From a virus (taxonomy: Duplodnaviria; Caudoviricetes), in the IMG/VR virus record IMGVR_UViG_3300025389_000059, positions 1 through 33,566 of that record: DNA of 33,566 bases; one strand, written 5' to 3'. The position numbers and the translations under genes were made by a program. The notes under the pieces are model-generated. The model saw only the letters and a list, made by a program, of their open reading frames with translations. It searched no databases and was not told the origin of the DNA. How positions within the stretch are numbered: position 1 is the first letter of the stretch; the number at the start of each line of letters is the position of its first letter. Of this stretch, positions 33,203 to 33,566 are shown piece by piece.

Positions 33203-33445
33203 TTAGATATACTTCGCTACTCGTTGAAGGAAGTCTGCACGTGCTTCTTCCCATGCATTCTCATAGGTATCTCGGAAATAGTTACCGTGATTGGTAACAT
33301 CCTGACTGTCGGTATTGAATACCCATGTTACATACTCACCATGATAGTCAGCAAGTACAACACCTTCATACAACCCACAGTACAATGCTACTACTCTTGC
33401 ACCGTTAGCACAGTTACCACCTACTTCTAGTTTAAATGTAGACAT
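33203..33445 (-). CDS. Hypothetical early protein
   Basis: Probable start MSTFK after GAAAGGA; EYVTW...GNYF...A..DF..R motif. Confidence 0.7.
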   Translation of the reverse strand: MSTFKLEVGGNCANGARVVALYCGLYEGVVLADYHGEYVTWVFNTDSQDVTNHGNYFRDTYENAWEEARADFLQRVAKYI

Positions 33446-33491
33446 ACTATATCCTTTCATAAATACATAGCTTAATTGCTATGTTAGAGAC

Positions 33492-33520
33492 ATGTTGACT
33501 CATTTAGCGGTTAATGTAAA
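33492..33520 (-). promoter_or_regulatory. Possible early promoter
   Basis: TTTACA-17nt-CAACAT; shares CTTTACATTAA with the promoter at 32864; hairpin ACATAGC-TTAATT-GCTATGT at 33465-33484. Confidence 0.4.
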
Positions 33521-33566
33521 GTTTACCAGCCACGAACTCGGACCCCCACCCCCCACTTTTTGGAAT

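Noticed and set aside
12529-33430. Plus-strand ORFs opposite the - strand arm (e.g. 12529, 13549, 17599, 20010, 25643, 27610, 32179, 33146) and alternate-frame ORFs at 14776, 20602 and 25257
   Set aside because: Antisense or frame shadows of well-supported genes, without RBS or motifs
33541-33566. C-rich GACCCCCACCCCCCAC at the window edge, possibly near a packaging or terminus signal
   Set aside because: Truncated by the window; no context to test
1-33566. Diversity-generating retroelement, integrase/att, tRNA or alternative genetic code
   Set aside because: No reverse transcriptase, recombinase motifs or cloverleaf seen; genes are intact and tightly packed under the standard code with all three stops used

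Overview
About 33.6 kb of an AT-rich tailed dsDNA bacteriophage genome, probably podovirus-like, in two convergent arms. The + strand (1-10809) is the end of the virion module: three internal/DNA-ejection-type proteins, including a 1960-aa polyvalent protein with an HExxH zincin domain, plus a GNAT acetyltransferase. The - strand (33460 down to 10802) carries small early genes, an AAA-ATPase/vWA-metallopeptidase module and a replication module (VRR-NUC, DUF3310, SleB-type hydrolase, TraR/DksA-like protein, family A DNA polymerase, Cas4-like exonuclease, HNH, SNF2 helicase, SSB-like protein, HTH, primase-helicase). A non-coding iteron-like cluster at ~31.46-31.84 kb is the likely origin. I recognised no integrase, tRNA, CRISPR array, terminase, portal or capsid gene. 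The most interesting unexplained signals are: an ASGG(I) peptide motif repeated across two ejection proteins flanking the GNAT; a probable overprinted gene inside the 1960-aa gene; a candidate sRNA with anti-Shine-Dalgarno loops matching early-gene RBSs; a 10-14 bp motif whose orientation flips at the putative origin; a duplicated 50-bp non-canonical promoter; and apparent absence of GATC over 22 kb. All family assignments come from motif recognition by eye, not database searches.
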